A DNA stretch of 64,000 nucleotides. It comes from an uncultured bacterium. GTDB taxonomy: Bacteria; Zixibacteria; MSB-5A5; CAIYYT01. The translations under genes and the position numbers were made by a program. The notes below the pieces were generated by a model that did no database searches, was not told the origin of the DNA, and saw nothing but the letters and a program-made list of their open reading frames with translations. Shown piece by piece: positions 54,599-64,000 of the stretch (position 1 is the stretch's first letter; the number at the start of each line of letters is the position of its first letter). The DNA is taken from positions 1,280,001 through 1,344,000 of the forward strand of contig CAVSCK010000004.1 in NCBI GenBank assembly GCA_963726455.1. The letters run 5' to 3'.

Positions 54599-55624
54599 AT
54601 GACAGTATCCGATCTTGAGCATTTCCGCAATTTGCTGGAAGAACGGCGACATACGATTCTTGAGTGGATGGACACCGGCACTCCGGCAGCTGACAGGGAT
54701 CTTGAACACGCCCAGGCGCTCCTGTCTCAGATTAAGGAAGCGCTGGGACGAATCGACACTGAGACTTTCGGCCACTGCGTTGTCTGCCAGGGCGAAGTGG
54801 AATTGCATCGCCTGGAGGTTCAGCCCGTGAACCAGGTGTGCCTCAGCTGCATCACCAAACAGGAGCAGGCGCAACTGGAGAACGACCTGTTTCTTGCCAG
54901 CAAGATTCATCGTGCACTGTTGCCGCAGGCGATCAGCCCGATTGAGGGTTTCGAAGTCGCGGTCCGGTCACAGGCGGCCCGTTTTGTCGGTGGCGACTAT
55001 TTCGATTTCCTGCCGGGCGGTGATCGAGGCGCCGTGCGAATCGTGATTGGCGACGTGATGGGAAAGGGTATCTCCGCCGGGCTTATGATGTCCAACATTC
55101 AGGGCGCGCTGAGAATTCTGGCTGAGGGCATTACGTCTCCCAGCCGACTGATCGCGCAATTGAATCACTGGCTCTGCCGCAACATACCGGTGACCAAGTT
55201 CGTGTCGCTGGTCTGCGTGGCAGTCGAGCCACAGAACGGTCAAAACGCCCGGCTGACTTACACGAATGCCGGACACTGTCCGCCGCTGTTGGTGCGCGCC
55301 AATGGTACCGTTGAATCACTGGAACCAACGGGTGGCGTTCTCGGAGTGCATGAGGACTTCAAATACGAAGAATGTGTTCGCGAGGTCCAGCCCGATGATC
55401 TGCTGATGCTCTATACCGACGGAATCACGGAGGTCGAAAATCAGGCCGGTGATATGTTCGACGAACATCGGCTAAGCAAATTCGTGTGCGAAAACCGCAT
55501 GCACCCGCTCGACACGATGTTCGACAAGCTCTGGGTTGAACTCAAGAACTTCGGAACGCTCAACGATCCTTCCGATGATCAGACTGTAGTCGCGCTGCGC
55601 AGACGGGCAGTCGCGAAATCGTAG
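54599..55624 (+). CDS. SpoIIE/PP2C phosphatase with N-terminal DksA/TraR C4 zinc finger
   Basis: ALGRID..TFGH-CVVC-x17-CLSC; VGGDYFD, GDVMGKG, YTDGITE, DDQT. Confidence 0.88.
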   Translation: MTVSDLEHFRNLLEERRHTILEWMDTGTPAADRDLEHAQALLSQIKEALGRIDTETFGHCVVCQGEVELHRLEVQPVNQVCLSCITKQEQAQLENDLFLASKIHRALLPQAISPIEGFEVAVRSQAARFVGGDYFDFLPGGDRGAVRIVIGDVMGKGISAGLMMSNIQGALRILAEGITSPSRLIAQLNHWLCRNIPVTKFVSLVCVAVEPQNGQNARLTYTNAGHCPPLLVRANGTVESLEPTGGVLGVHEDFKYEECVREVQPDDLLMLYTDGITEVENQAGDMFDEHRLSKFVCENRMHPLDTMFDKLWVELKNFGTLNDPSDDQTVVALRRRAVAKS

Positions 55625-55637
55625 CCGCCGTTTTTCA

Positions 55638-56585
55638 TCAGGTGCTGCGTACGCCTCTCGTTCTTGCCACTGCCTCACGAAACCAGGAGTAGCACTTGGA
55701 AGGATCTGGGGACTTCTCAAAATCCGCATCATCCACAAACATCATTTCGTGGCGGAACATGACAACATCGTCCAGCGAGGCCGGTCGTCTATCGGGCGGA
55801 TACTGTCTCTGCATAAAGAACGGATAGTTGTAAGTCTCGGGCAGTTCAATCATTTCCTCGTGACGCAACATTGTCAAGACAGCTCCCACCAGTGCGGTCT
55901 GATGCAGGAAAATTCCGATCAACGGATGCGCGTCACACCAATCTGCAAACACTGAATCCGAGTACAGGACGGCGAAACTCTCAGGCCATTTGCGGAGAAT
56001 GCCCATTTCCGGACGAACAACAAGCATTCCGGCATTAAAGTAAGCGCGTAGTTTTTCCCGGTCAACCGGCGTTGTTATCGGAAACACTTTCTCCTCTGCC
56101 ACTCCCAACCTGTTATAGACGCGTGACCAGAATTCATCAGGCGGTTCGCTAAAACGTGAGCCGATCAGCATGTGCATAACCGGCCGATAGCCAAAACTGA
56201 TGTTGTCGGGAAGCAGAAAATCGCGCGGCTCTTTTACGAATACGACATCGTTATCCAACCAGACCAACAGCGGGAATTTGCAGACCGCGTCCGCTTCCGC
56301 CAACGCGGCGGCAAAGACTTTGCCTGCAAATGGAAATGGGCTCGCGTCCCGGGGAAAACAACTTCGTTTGAAAGTAATGCCGTATTGTTCATCGACCGGC
56401 TTACACGCCTCAACACTTTCGGAAATTCTGTCAGGATGATAACACCACACCGGCGCATTCTTCAAACACCCGCCGAAAGCGCGCAGACTTTCCACCATGA
56501 TGCGAATCCAACGGAGTGAATCCTCATTGGCGGCGTAGGTGCCGAATACAATGCGCCTGTTCTCGCTATCGCCTGAACCTACCAT
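55638..56585 (-). CDS. Hypothetical protein, GT-A/GT8-like glycosyltransferase fold
   Basis: SLRAFGG, K..A, WLDND (DxD), YFNAG, HQ, YNYP. Confidence 0.55.
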   Translation of the reverse strand: MVGSGDSENRRIVFGTYAANEDSLRWIRIMVESLRAFGGCLKNAPVWCYHPDRISESVEACKPVDEQYGITFKRSCFPRDASPFPFAGKVFAAALAEADAVCKFPLLVWLDNDVVFVKEPRDFLLPDNISFGYRPVMHMLIGSRFSEPPDEFWSRVYNRLGVAEEKVFPITTPVDREKLRAYFNAGMLVVRPEMGILRKWPESFAVLYSDSVFADWCDAHPLIGIFLHQTALVGAVLTMLRHEEMIELPETYNYPFFMQRQYPPDRRPASLDDVVMFRHEMMFVDDADFEKSPDPSKCYSWFREAVARTRGVRST

Positions 56586-57202
56586 GTGCGAAGCTGGTCC
56601 TTATCGCTCTGCAGTTATCGCTTGTCCTTCCCTATGCCAAAGCCCGTCGAAATTCGGTAAACGTAAGTAAGACCGACAGACACGACTCCAAGCGGCCGAT
56701 GTCTCGACCGTGATCAACCCTTTGAATTCATGCCTCAACGCCCACACTGGATTCAGGCGCTGTTGTTGCGAGATGCACGCCGTGGGCCGGCGCAAAGTGC
56801 GTCTGCGTCGCTGCCGGTGACGCCGAATCACGGTGACATTTGAGTTGTGGGTAAATGACCGTGATTCGCCCTGTCCACTAAAGTACTATCAGACACTTGA
56901 TCTGATTTTGCGAGTCTGCCTCCTGATTTCAGGGACGCTCGGAGGGTGGTTTTTGTTAAATCGAAAAAGGCGGAAAAACGACTGCAGGGAAAAGTCGCCG
57001 TAACATTGACACACACCTCTCAATTCGCGAAACTTTTTCGCGATTTTTGCGTATTCGAAATTACGGACAACAGGGGGATGCGACAAGCGCGCTTGTTTCT
57101 TCCATACGCGATACTGATCGGCGCCAGTGCCGGTCATGATCGACTTAGGTACTCTTTGCCGCCTTATTGTAGTCAGGGCGGCAGACAGGGAGGAAATGAT
57201 AT

Positions 57203-59482
57203 ATGCGCGCTTGCTTTAGCAGCCGTACGGCCTGTTTCTTGTTTGTTTTCGCAGTCGGAATAGTCATTGTATGTTTCACTGCGGTTGCGACCTCAGCCCC
57301 ACGACCGATTTTCAAACCCACGTTGGCAATCACCAGCACCGCTTCGGCGCCAAATATCGACGGGCAGCTTAACGACCCTTGTTGGCAGACGGCAACTCGC
57401 ACTGACAATTTCGTCGAGAGAAATCCCGGCGACAACCTTGTTCCCGACGTGCCCACGCAGGTCTATTCGACTTATGACAGCCGCAATCTGTATGTCGCCT
57501 TCGTTTGCCACGACAATCCGGCGACCATACGTGCGACCATGAGCCAGCGCGACCAGTACCAGGGCGACGATGCCGTATTCGTGCTAATCGACCCGTATGC
57601 CAGCGCCTCCTGGGCTTACGAACTGGCAGTCAATGCCTACGGTATCCAGAAGGATTTGCTGTGGACTCCTATTGTCGGCGAGGATGCGACCTATGATCTG
57701 ATTTGGGAGTCGGCGGCCGTGGTCACCGACTCCGGCTATCAGGTTGAGATCGCGGTGCCCTTTGCAACCTTGCGCTTTCCCAACAGTGACACTCAGAACT
57801 GGAGAGTCGATTTCTGGCGCGTGCGCCCCCGCGAGAACTATAAACAATACTCCTGGGCAGCCAATGACCGCAACGAGCAGTGTTTCCCCTGCCAGTTCGG
57901 AACACTGACCGGCATCACAGGCGTTCATCCCGGCCAGGGTTTGCAAATCATGCCGACTTTCGTGGCCCACCAAACGGGACAAATCACCGACCAGCAGAAT
58001 CCGCGCTCGGCTTTCAGGAACGGTGACCCGAGCGGCGAATTGTCGCTGGGCGGCAAGTACGCGGTTAACTCGGACGTCACAATTGAGGGCGCGCTCAATC
58101 CCGACTTCAGTCAGATCGAGGCCGACGCCGCTCAAATCGATGTCAATTCCACAATCTCACTGATGTATCCTGAGCGGCGACCCTTCTTCCAGGAGGGCAG
58201 CGACATCTTTCGAACGCTCTTCAATTCCTTCTATACGCGCACTATCAACGACCCGCAATTCGCCACCAAGTTGACCGGCAGAATGGGAAAGACGAGCATC
58301 GGATTCCTCGGTGCGCGCGACCTGAACACGCCTTACATGATTCCACTCGATGAAGCCAGTGTTTTGCTCAACACGGGAAAAAGCACTGCGAATATCGTGC
58401 GGGCGTCGCGAGCATTCGGCAGCGATTCGCGCCTCGGCGTGCTCTTCTCCGACCGGCGTTTCGAACACGGCGGTTCCGGATCGGTTGCTGCCCTTGACGG
58501 CGACATTCGTCTGTCAAAGAATTACAGTATCGACGGCCAGTATATTCTGACCCACACCGCCGAGCCGAACGACAGCGCAGCAACCGCCGGATTCCAGGGC
58601 TTTACCTTCGACGACAGCAAACATACCATCGCCTTTGACGGCGAAAAATATTACGGTACCGCGATCATCACCCGGCTCAAACGTGAAGCACGCAGTTGGG
58701 GATTTGTAATCGATTATAATCAGGTGAATCCCTCGTACCGCACCGAGATCGGTTACGACCCGCTGATGAACTACCGCAATCTTTCGCTGGCGACATACTA
58801 CACCGTGTATCCCAAGACCGGAATCTTCGACCGGATCACGCCGCAGTTTTACAGCGCGCAGCGTTGGCGCTTTAATGGTGAGCGGCGAAGTCAGAATCTC
58901 AATGCCGGCATCGAAGGCCAGATGAAGATTGCGCAGACTTACGTGGGAGCCAATTTCAGCCGCAACGTTGAACTGTTCCGAGGCACTGAGTTTCGAGATC
59001 TGTGGCAGCTCAATTTCAATTGGAACAGCCGCCTGAGCAACAAGATCGGACTGGGCGCGAATATCGAGAGGGGCGTGGGCATCGCCCGATTCGCCATGAC
59101 CAAAGGCAACCAGCTTTCCTACAGCGCTTTTGTCGATCTTAAACCGATCGACCGACTGATCATTCAGCCGAATATTGCTTTTGCACGCAGCCGGGATCTC
59201 GTCACCGATCAAGAGTACTATAGCGGTTATATCACCAGAACCAGGATACTGTACCAAGCCAGTCGCCAACTGTCGTTTCGAATGGTGGTGCAGTATGATG
59301 ACTTCAGCCGCGCCTGGGAAATTGACCCCTTGATGACCTATCGCCTGAGCCCGTTCTCGGTGTTCTACCTCGGTTCGTCCAGTGACTATTCCAATATACC
59401 GGCCGCCGGAAGTTCGCCGTCGGAGTGGCGGTTGGCGTCAAGGCAGTTCTTCCTGAAGTTGCAGTACTTGTTCCAGACGTAG
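57203..59482 (+). CDS. DUF5916 protein (CBM9-like N-terminal domain + outer-membrane beta-barrel)
   Basis: PNIDGQLND..W, Y..EIAVPFATLRF, NPDFSQIEAD, PERRPFF.EG, C-terminal FFLKLQYLF. Confidence 0.85.
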   Translation: MRACFSSRTACFLFVFAVGIVIVCFTAVATSAPRPIFKPTLAITSTASAPNIDGQLNDPCWQTATRTDNFVERNPGDNLVPDVPTQVYSTYDSRNLYVAFVCHDNPATIRATMSQRDQYQGDDAVFVLIDPYASASWAYELAVNAYGIQKDLLWTPIVGEDATYDLIWESAAVVTDSGYQVEIAVPFATLRFPNSDTQNWRVDFWRVRPRENYKQYSWAANDRNEQCFPCQFGTLTGITGVHPGQGLQIMPTFVAHQTGQITDQQNPRSAFRNGDPSGELSLGGKYAVNSDVTIEGALNPDFSQIEADAAQIDVNSTISLMYPERRPFFQEGSDIFRTLFNSFYTRTINDPQFATKLTGRMGKTSIGFLGARDLNTPYMIPLDEASVLLNTGKSTANIVRASRAFGSDSRLGVLFSDRRFEHGGSGSVAALDGDIRLSKNYSIDGQYILTHTAEPNDSAATAGFQGFTFDDSKHTIAFDGEKYYGTAIITRLKREARSWGFVIDYNQVNPSYRTEIGYDPLMNYRNLSLATYYTVYPKTGIFDRITPQFYSAQRWRFNGERRSQNLNAGIEGQMKIAQTYVGANFSRNVELFRGTEFRDLWQLNFNWNSRLSNKIGLGANIERGVGIARFAMTKGNQLSYSAFVDLKPIDRLIIQPNIAFARSRDLVTDQEYYSGYITRTRILYQASRQLSFRMVVQYDDFSRAWEIDPLMTYRLSPFSVFYLGSSSDYSNIPAAGSSPSEWRLASRQFFLKLQYLFQT

Positions 59483-59575
59483 TCACGTCCATAGCGAAGC
59501 GGATATCCCTCTTTGCTCTTCTCGCACCGATGTATATATTGGCATCCAGGTACTTTGTAGAAAGTGAGTGTCTGG

Positions 59576-59896
59576 ATGCCATATATCGATGCCGACGGTA
59601 AGCAACTTGAACTGAACGAAGAAGGTTTTCTCACCGACCCACAACAGTGGAGCAAACAAATCGCGTCCGTGCTGGCGAAATCTCAGGAAGGCCTTGAGAA
59701 CTTGAGCGAAGAGCACTGGGCGGTTGTCAATTTCATACGCGAACATTACGAGCAGACCAAACTGGCGCCGATGGTGCGGGCGATCTGCAAATCCACCGGC
59801 CTGCCACTGAAACGCATCTATGAGCTGTTCCCCTCCGGTCCCGCCAAGGGCGCCTGCAAAATTGCGGGTCTGCCCAAACCGGACGGCTGCGTCTAG
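59576..59896 (+). CDS. dsrC: DsrC/TusE-family sulfur carrier retaining both C-terminal cysteines
   Basis: EEGFL...W, EHW.VV.FIR..Y, LFP.GP, C-x10-C tail CKIAGLPKPDGCV. Confidence 0.88.
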   Translation: MPYIDADGKQLELNEEGFLTDPQQWSKQIASVLAKSQEGLENLSEEHWAVVNFIREHYEQTKLAPMVRAICKSTGLPLKRIYELFPSGPAKGACKIAGLPKPDGCV

Positions 59897-59904
59897 GGCA
59901 CACA

Positions 59905-60546
59905 ATGTTCCAGCCGCCATTTTTGCGACTCGCCGTCCTGGCTGCCGCGTTATATGGTCTTATTGCACTCATCTATCTGGTTGCGCACGCTTACTCATTC
60001 GGGAAGCGCAGGCAATTCGCGATAGCCAGCGGCAGTCCGTTTAAGGGTATCATCTACGCCTTCGGACAAGGCATGCTGCCGTGGGAAAAAGAAAGCGCAT
60101 CCAAACATCTGCCAACATTCTTCGCCGGAATCTTCTACCACCTGGGCATCTTCACGGCGCTTCTATTCCTGGCAGCTATCGTGTTTGCGTACACATTGCC
60201 CGATTTCGCAGTGGCGTTTGGCCGAGTATCGCTCGTCGCCGGACTATTATGCGGCATCGGCTTGTTGATCAAGAGAATGTCACTCCCCTACATGAGGATC
60301 ATCAGTTGTCCCGATGATTACATATCCAATATTCTCGTGGGATTGTTTCTTCTCGCTACGTTTTCAGCTTCGTACCTGCCGACAATTCAGACAATCGCAA
60401 TGATAGCCGCCGTCCTGCTGTTCCTGTACATTCCTGCGGGCAAGATTCGTCACTGTTTCTTCTTCTTCTATACACGCGTTCTCTTCGGGCAGTTCTTTGG
60501 GGGTCGCGGAGTTCTTCCGCACCCGAAAGTGAAAGTACAACGATGA
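59905..60546 (+). CDS. NarI/DsrM/TmcC-like membrane cytochrome b subunit
   Basis: Five hydrophobic segments; FYHLGI, RIISCPDDY, YIPAGKIRH. Confidence 0.72.
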   Translation: MFQPPFLRLAVLAAALYGLIALIYLVAHAYSFGKRRQFAIASGSPFKGIIYAFGQGMLPWEKESASKHLPTFFAGIFYHLGIFTALLFLAAIVFAYTLPDFAVAFGRVSLVAGLLCGIGLLIKRMSLPYMRIISCPDDYISNILVGLFLLATFSASYLPTIQTIAMIAAVLLFLYIPAGKIRHCFFFFYTRVLFGQFFGGRGVLPHPKVKVQR

Positions 60547-61889
60547 ACCAGAGTCAGCGGAGCGGTACGTTCGAAGAGCTCATTAGAAGCGCAAGCATTT
60601 CAGAATTGGAGCGAATCCGTGCTGCCTTCCGTGCCGAGATCGGCTCCAGTTACGCGGCCCAACTCAATTCCTGCGTGCATTGCGGACTATGCTCTGACAC
60701 CTGTCACTACTATCTCGCAAGCGGTGAGCTGGAAGCATTGCCCGCTTACAAACTGAATCTCGTCTCAGCTATCTTCAAGAAATATCACACTCTCGTCGGG
60801 AAATCAATTCCGCAGCTTTCCGGCGCACAACAGTTGGACGCCGCCATGCTTGACCGCTGGATTGATTCGTTGTTTGGCCGCTGCTCACTTTGCGGCAGAT
60901 GTTCCCTGAACTGCACGGTAGGTATCAACATCTCACGCTTGATTCGCCTTGCCCGTACGGCGTTGGCGGCTGCGAATTTCGTTCCGCCCGAGCTGCAGTC
61001 GACAGTTGACACGGCGATCGAGACCGGCAACAATATGGGAATCCCTCGCGAGGAATGGATTGACACTCTGAAATGGCTCGACGAAGAGTTACAACAGGAA
61101 GTCGGGGATTCCGCCGCGCAACTCCCGGTCGACAAGCCAGACGTGCGACTATTCTACACTGTCAATCCCCGCGAACCGAAGTTCTTCCCCCTGTCTCTGC
61201 TGGCAACAGCGAAAATCTTCTATGCCGCCGGTGAGAGTTGGACCTTCGCTAGTGACTATTATGACGTCACCAACTACGGCTTGTTCTCGGGCGACAACCA
61301 GGCATCCGCTCAGATTTCGTCGCGTCTGAGAGAGTCGATGACAAAACTGGACGCCAAAACCCTCGTGCTTGGTGAATGCGGGCACGGGTATGCCGCCAAT
61401 CGCTGGGAAGCTCCGCAGTGGTTGGGGAAGCCGGACGGCTTCGATGTCGTCAGCATTATTCAGGTGATTGCTGATTACCTCAACGCCGGGCGCATTCGTC
61501 TCGATCCTTCGCGAATTCAGAAGCGTGTAACATTGCACGACCCCTGCAACCTGGTGCGAATGGGCGGCGTAATCGAGGAACAGCGGCTCATTCTCAGGAT
61601 GGCAGTCAGCGATTTCGTGGAGATGTATCCAAACCGCGAGCAGAACTATTGCTGCGGCGGTGGCGGTGGACAATTATCGATGACGCGGTACGCCAAACGA
61701 CGCCTCGAAGCGGGCCGAATCAAAGCCGAGCAAATCCGCAAGACCGGAGCACAGATCGTTGTCGCTCCCTGCCACAACTGCATTGACCAACTCGGCGAAC
61801 TCAATCGCGAATACAAATTGGGTGTTGAGATCAAGACAATTTCGGAAGTTGTCGCCGATGCACTGGTGCTGGAGCCGAAGAAAAGCTAA
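60543..61889 (+). CDS. DsrK/TmcB/HdrD-like Fe-S protein with CCG domain
   Basis: CVHCGLCSDTC, CSLCGRCSLNC, ECGHG, HDPCN, CCGGGGG, APCHNC; ATGA overlap with the upstream gene. Confidence 0.88.
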   Translation: MNQSQRSGTFEELIRSASISELERIRAAFRAEIGSSYAAQLNSCVHCGLCSDTCHYYLASGELEALPAYKLNLVSAIFKKYHTLVGKSIPQLSGAQQLDAAMLDRWIDSLFGRCSLCGRCSLNCTVGINISRLIRLARTALAAANFVPPELQSTVDTAIETGNNMGIPREEWIDTLKWLDEELQQEVGDSAAQLPVDKPDVRLFYTVNPREPKFFPLSLLATAKIFYAAGESWTFASDYYDVTNYGLFSGDNQASAQISSRLRESMTKLDAKTLVLGECGHGYAANRWEAPQWLGKPDGFDVVSIIQVIADYLNAGRIRLDPSRIQKRVTLHDPCNLVRMGGVIEEQRLILRMAVSDFVEMYPNREQNYCCGGGGGQLSMTRYAKRRLEAGRIKAEQIRKTGAQIVVAPCHNCIDQLGELNREYKLGVEIKTISEVVADALVLEPKKS

Positions 61890-61918
61890 TCGAAAATAAG
61901 TAGTAATGACGGGGCGGC

Positions 61919-63100
61919 TTAACCAACAACTCTGTGCTGCTGCCGCACGAACGCAATCTCACGAACGGCGGTTATGGCCGCTTCGATATCTTCGTTTGTG
62001 TTAAACGGCCCAATTCCAAATCGCACTGAGCCATGAATCTTGCTGGTGCCGATCTGCTCGTGCACCAGCGGCGCGCAATGCAGGCCTGTGCGGCTGGCAA
62101 TGTTGTAATCAACATCGAGCATCGTGCCGGTATCGGCAGCTTCCAAGCCATCGACGTTGAAGGTCAGTACGCCGATGTGGTTGGTGAGGTCATCCTGACA
62201 ATACTGAGTCACGCCGTCGACTTGATCTAATCCGTCTCGCAGACTCTTGAGCAGATGGGACTCACGATGATGGATGTTTTCCATCCCCTCATTCAGCAGC
62301 CACTTGACCCCGGCATTCAGTCCGGCAATTCCCGGCAAGTTCGGGGTGCCGTATTCCAGACGATAAGGATATTCATCCAAATGCGTGCGAACCGCCGAAC
62401 GAACTCCCGTTCCGCCGGCACGAGTATGCCTGATATCGATGCCGTCCCGCACGTAGAGGCCGCCGATTCCCATCGGTCCCATCAATGATTTGTGGCCGGT
62501 GAATGCCACCACGTCGATTGACATTTTCTCCATATCTACCGGGATCTTGCCAGCCGTCTGGGAGGTATCCACCAAGAATGGAATTGCTTTCTCACGACAG
62601 ATCTTTCCTATCGCGCCGATCGGCTGGACGGTGCCGATAACATTGGAGCCGTGATTGACCACGACCAGCTTTGTGTTCTTTTTGATTTTCCGCGCGATAT
62701 CGTCCGGATCGACAAATCCGCGGCTGTCGAACGGCACATGATCGACTTCAACATGATTGTACTTATATAGATGATACAGCGGCCTCAGCACCGAGTTGTG
62801 CTCAACATTAGTCGTAATGGCGTGATCGCCCTCCCGCAGCAATCCAAAGATGGCCAGATTGAGCGCATCGGTGGCATTGTATGAGAATATCAGGCGGTTC
62901 GGATCGGAGCCGCCATTGAAGAATTTCGTCAGTAACTTGCGCGTATCCTCAACAATATTGCCGGCGGCAAGGCAGAGGTCGTATCCTGACCGCCCGGGAT
63001 TAACTCCATACTGGCGGTAGAATCGATCCATCGAGACATAGACTTCTTCTGGCTTGGGGAAAGTGGTGGCGCCGTTGTCGAGGTAGATTAGCTTTTCCAT
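61919..63100 (-). CDS. Cysteine desulfurase family (class V PLP aminotransferase)
   Basis: YLDNGATT, EHNSV, HGSNVIG, FTGHK PLP lysine, RTGLHCAP catalytic Cys; ATG 63100 with SD GGAGG. Confidence 0.92.
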   Translation of the reverse strand: MEKLIYLDNGATTFPKPEEVYVSMDRFYRQYGVNPGRSGYDLCLAAGNIVEDTRKLLTKFFNGGSDPNRLIFSYNATDALNLAIFGLLREGDHAITTNVEHNSVLRPLYHLYKYNHVEVDHVPFDSRGFVDPDDIARKIKKNTKLVVVNHGSNVIGTVQPIGAIGKICREKAIPFLVDTSQTAGKIPVDMEKMSIDVVAFTGHKSLMGPMGIGGLYVRDGIDIRHTRAGGTGVRSAVRTHLDEYPYRLEYGTPNLPGIAGLNAGVKWLLNEGMENIHHRESHLLKSLRDGLDQVDGVTQYCQDDLTNHIGVLTFNVDGLEAADTGTMLDVDYNIASRTGLHCAPLVHEQIGTSKIHGSVRFGIGPFNTNEDIEAAITAVREIAFVRQQHRVVG

Positions 63101-63220
63101 TCGCTGCCTCCGTAGCTGACGGATTACTTGCCCAATTCTACGGCTATTTGCGGTCAATGTCAACCTTGTAAACAAGAAGATTTTTCTCGTCAGGACGACT
63201 CTCGCACCGGGCGAAAGACC

Positions 63221-63249
63221 TTGCCATAACTGCAGCGGTGCTGTACTAT
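63221..63249 (+). promoter_or_regulatory. Putative sigma-70 promoter
   Basis: TTGCCA-N17-TACTAT. Confidence 0.55.
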
Positions 63250-63320
63250 CCTACTAAACACCAGCCCCTTTATGGATGAATTTGAATGGTGTGTCCCTCT
63301 TATTCACGTCGGAGAATCCA

Positions 63321-64000
63321 ATGAACAGAAGACAACTGTTACTGGCCGTCGCTACGATTGCGATCGCGCTGATATTACCCTCCTGTGGCAAACAGAAGGA
63401 AGCACCCGGAACGCCGAAAGCAACGAAGCAGGCGGGCGCAAATCTGACCATCGGTGTCTCGCTGTTGACCAGAACTCATCCGTTCTATCAGGACCTTGAG
63501 GCCGGCCTCAAGGAAGCTGCCGACGCCTCCGGCTACAAATTACTGGTGACTGCCGGCGAGTTCGATGTCGCCAAGCAGAAGGACCAGATTCAGGATTTCA
63601 TCGTTCGCAAAGTCAGCGCCATAATCGTTTCGCCCTGCGACTCCAAATCTATCGGTACCGCCATCAAGGCAGCCAATGATGCGGGCATTCCCGTCTTTAC
63701 GGCCGACATTGCCTGTCTGGCAGAGGGTGTCAAGATCATCTGTCACGTCGCCTCCGACAACATTGCCGGTGGGCGTCTCGCCGCTCAGGCCGTGGCTCAG
63801 GCGCTTAACGGAACCGGCAAGGTGGCAATTATTGACCACCCGGAAGTGGAATCAGTGATCCAGCGCGTGAAAGGTTTCGAGGACGAAATCGCAAAAACAC
63901 CCGGGCTGACGATTGTCTCAAAGTTATCGGGTCAGGGCAGAAAAGATCAGGCCTTCCGCACCGCCGAGGACATGCTGCAGGCGCATCCCGATCTCGATGC
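63321..64000 (+). CDS. RbsB-like sugar ABC transporter substrate-binding lipoprotein (runs off the window end)
   Basis: Own translation from ATG 63321: lipobox LPSC, IGVSLLTRTHPFY, AIIVSPCDS, AGIPVFTAD, VASDNIAGG, RVKGF. Confidence 0.85.
   Translation, partial: MNRRQLLLAVATIAIALILPSCGKQKEAPGTPKATKQAGANLTIGVSLLTRTHPFYQDLEAGLKEAADASGYKLLVTAGEFDVAKQKDQIQDFIVRKVSAIIVSPCDSKSIGTAIKAANDAGIPVFTADIACLAEGVKIICHVASDNIAGGRLAAQAVAQALNGTGKVAIIDHPEVESVIQRVKGFEDEIAKTPGLTIVSKLSGQGRKDQAFRTAEDMLQAHPDLD

Noticed and set aside
1-64000. Selenocysteine readthrough, programmed frameshifting, mobile elements, CRISPR
   Set aside because: Redox motifs use Cys codons, the gene breaks are frameshifts rather than in-frame TGA, and I saw no transposase, integrase or spaced direct-repeat array

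Overview
A gene-dense bacterial chromosomal window with about 45 CDS and no rRNA, tRNA, CRISPR array, transposase or phage genes that I can see. A secreted protein with a QNYPNPFNP/FlgD-Ig C-terminal domain, a DUF5916 protein and a WD40-Omp85 protein suggest an FCB-superphylum organism, possibly Zixibacteria-like (inference). Contents include two RND efflux systems, a heme-c MCP and two hybrid histidine kinases (one with about 10 PAS domains), acs, cstA, iaaA, a Gre factor and an exported MsrBA. Six genes are each interrupted by a single +1 base, most likely uncorrected long-read errors. The best candidates for poorly described systems are: (1) a dsrC + dsrM/tmcC-like + dsrK/tmcB-like mini-operon with no dsrAB in the window, a strong inverted repeat over the dsrC start and a convergent cysteine desulfurase; (2) a TlpA-DUF4266-DUF3570-ApbE flavinylation cluster preceded by a di-heme cytochrome c and a Cys/His-rich secreted protein; (3) an orphan PstS-like protein coupled to a hybrid kinase, in a putative sigma-28 regulon with the MCP and the 10-PAS kinase; (4) a DksA/TraR zinc-finger fused to a SpoIIE phosphatase. 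Family calls come from motif recognition; no database searches were run.
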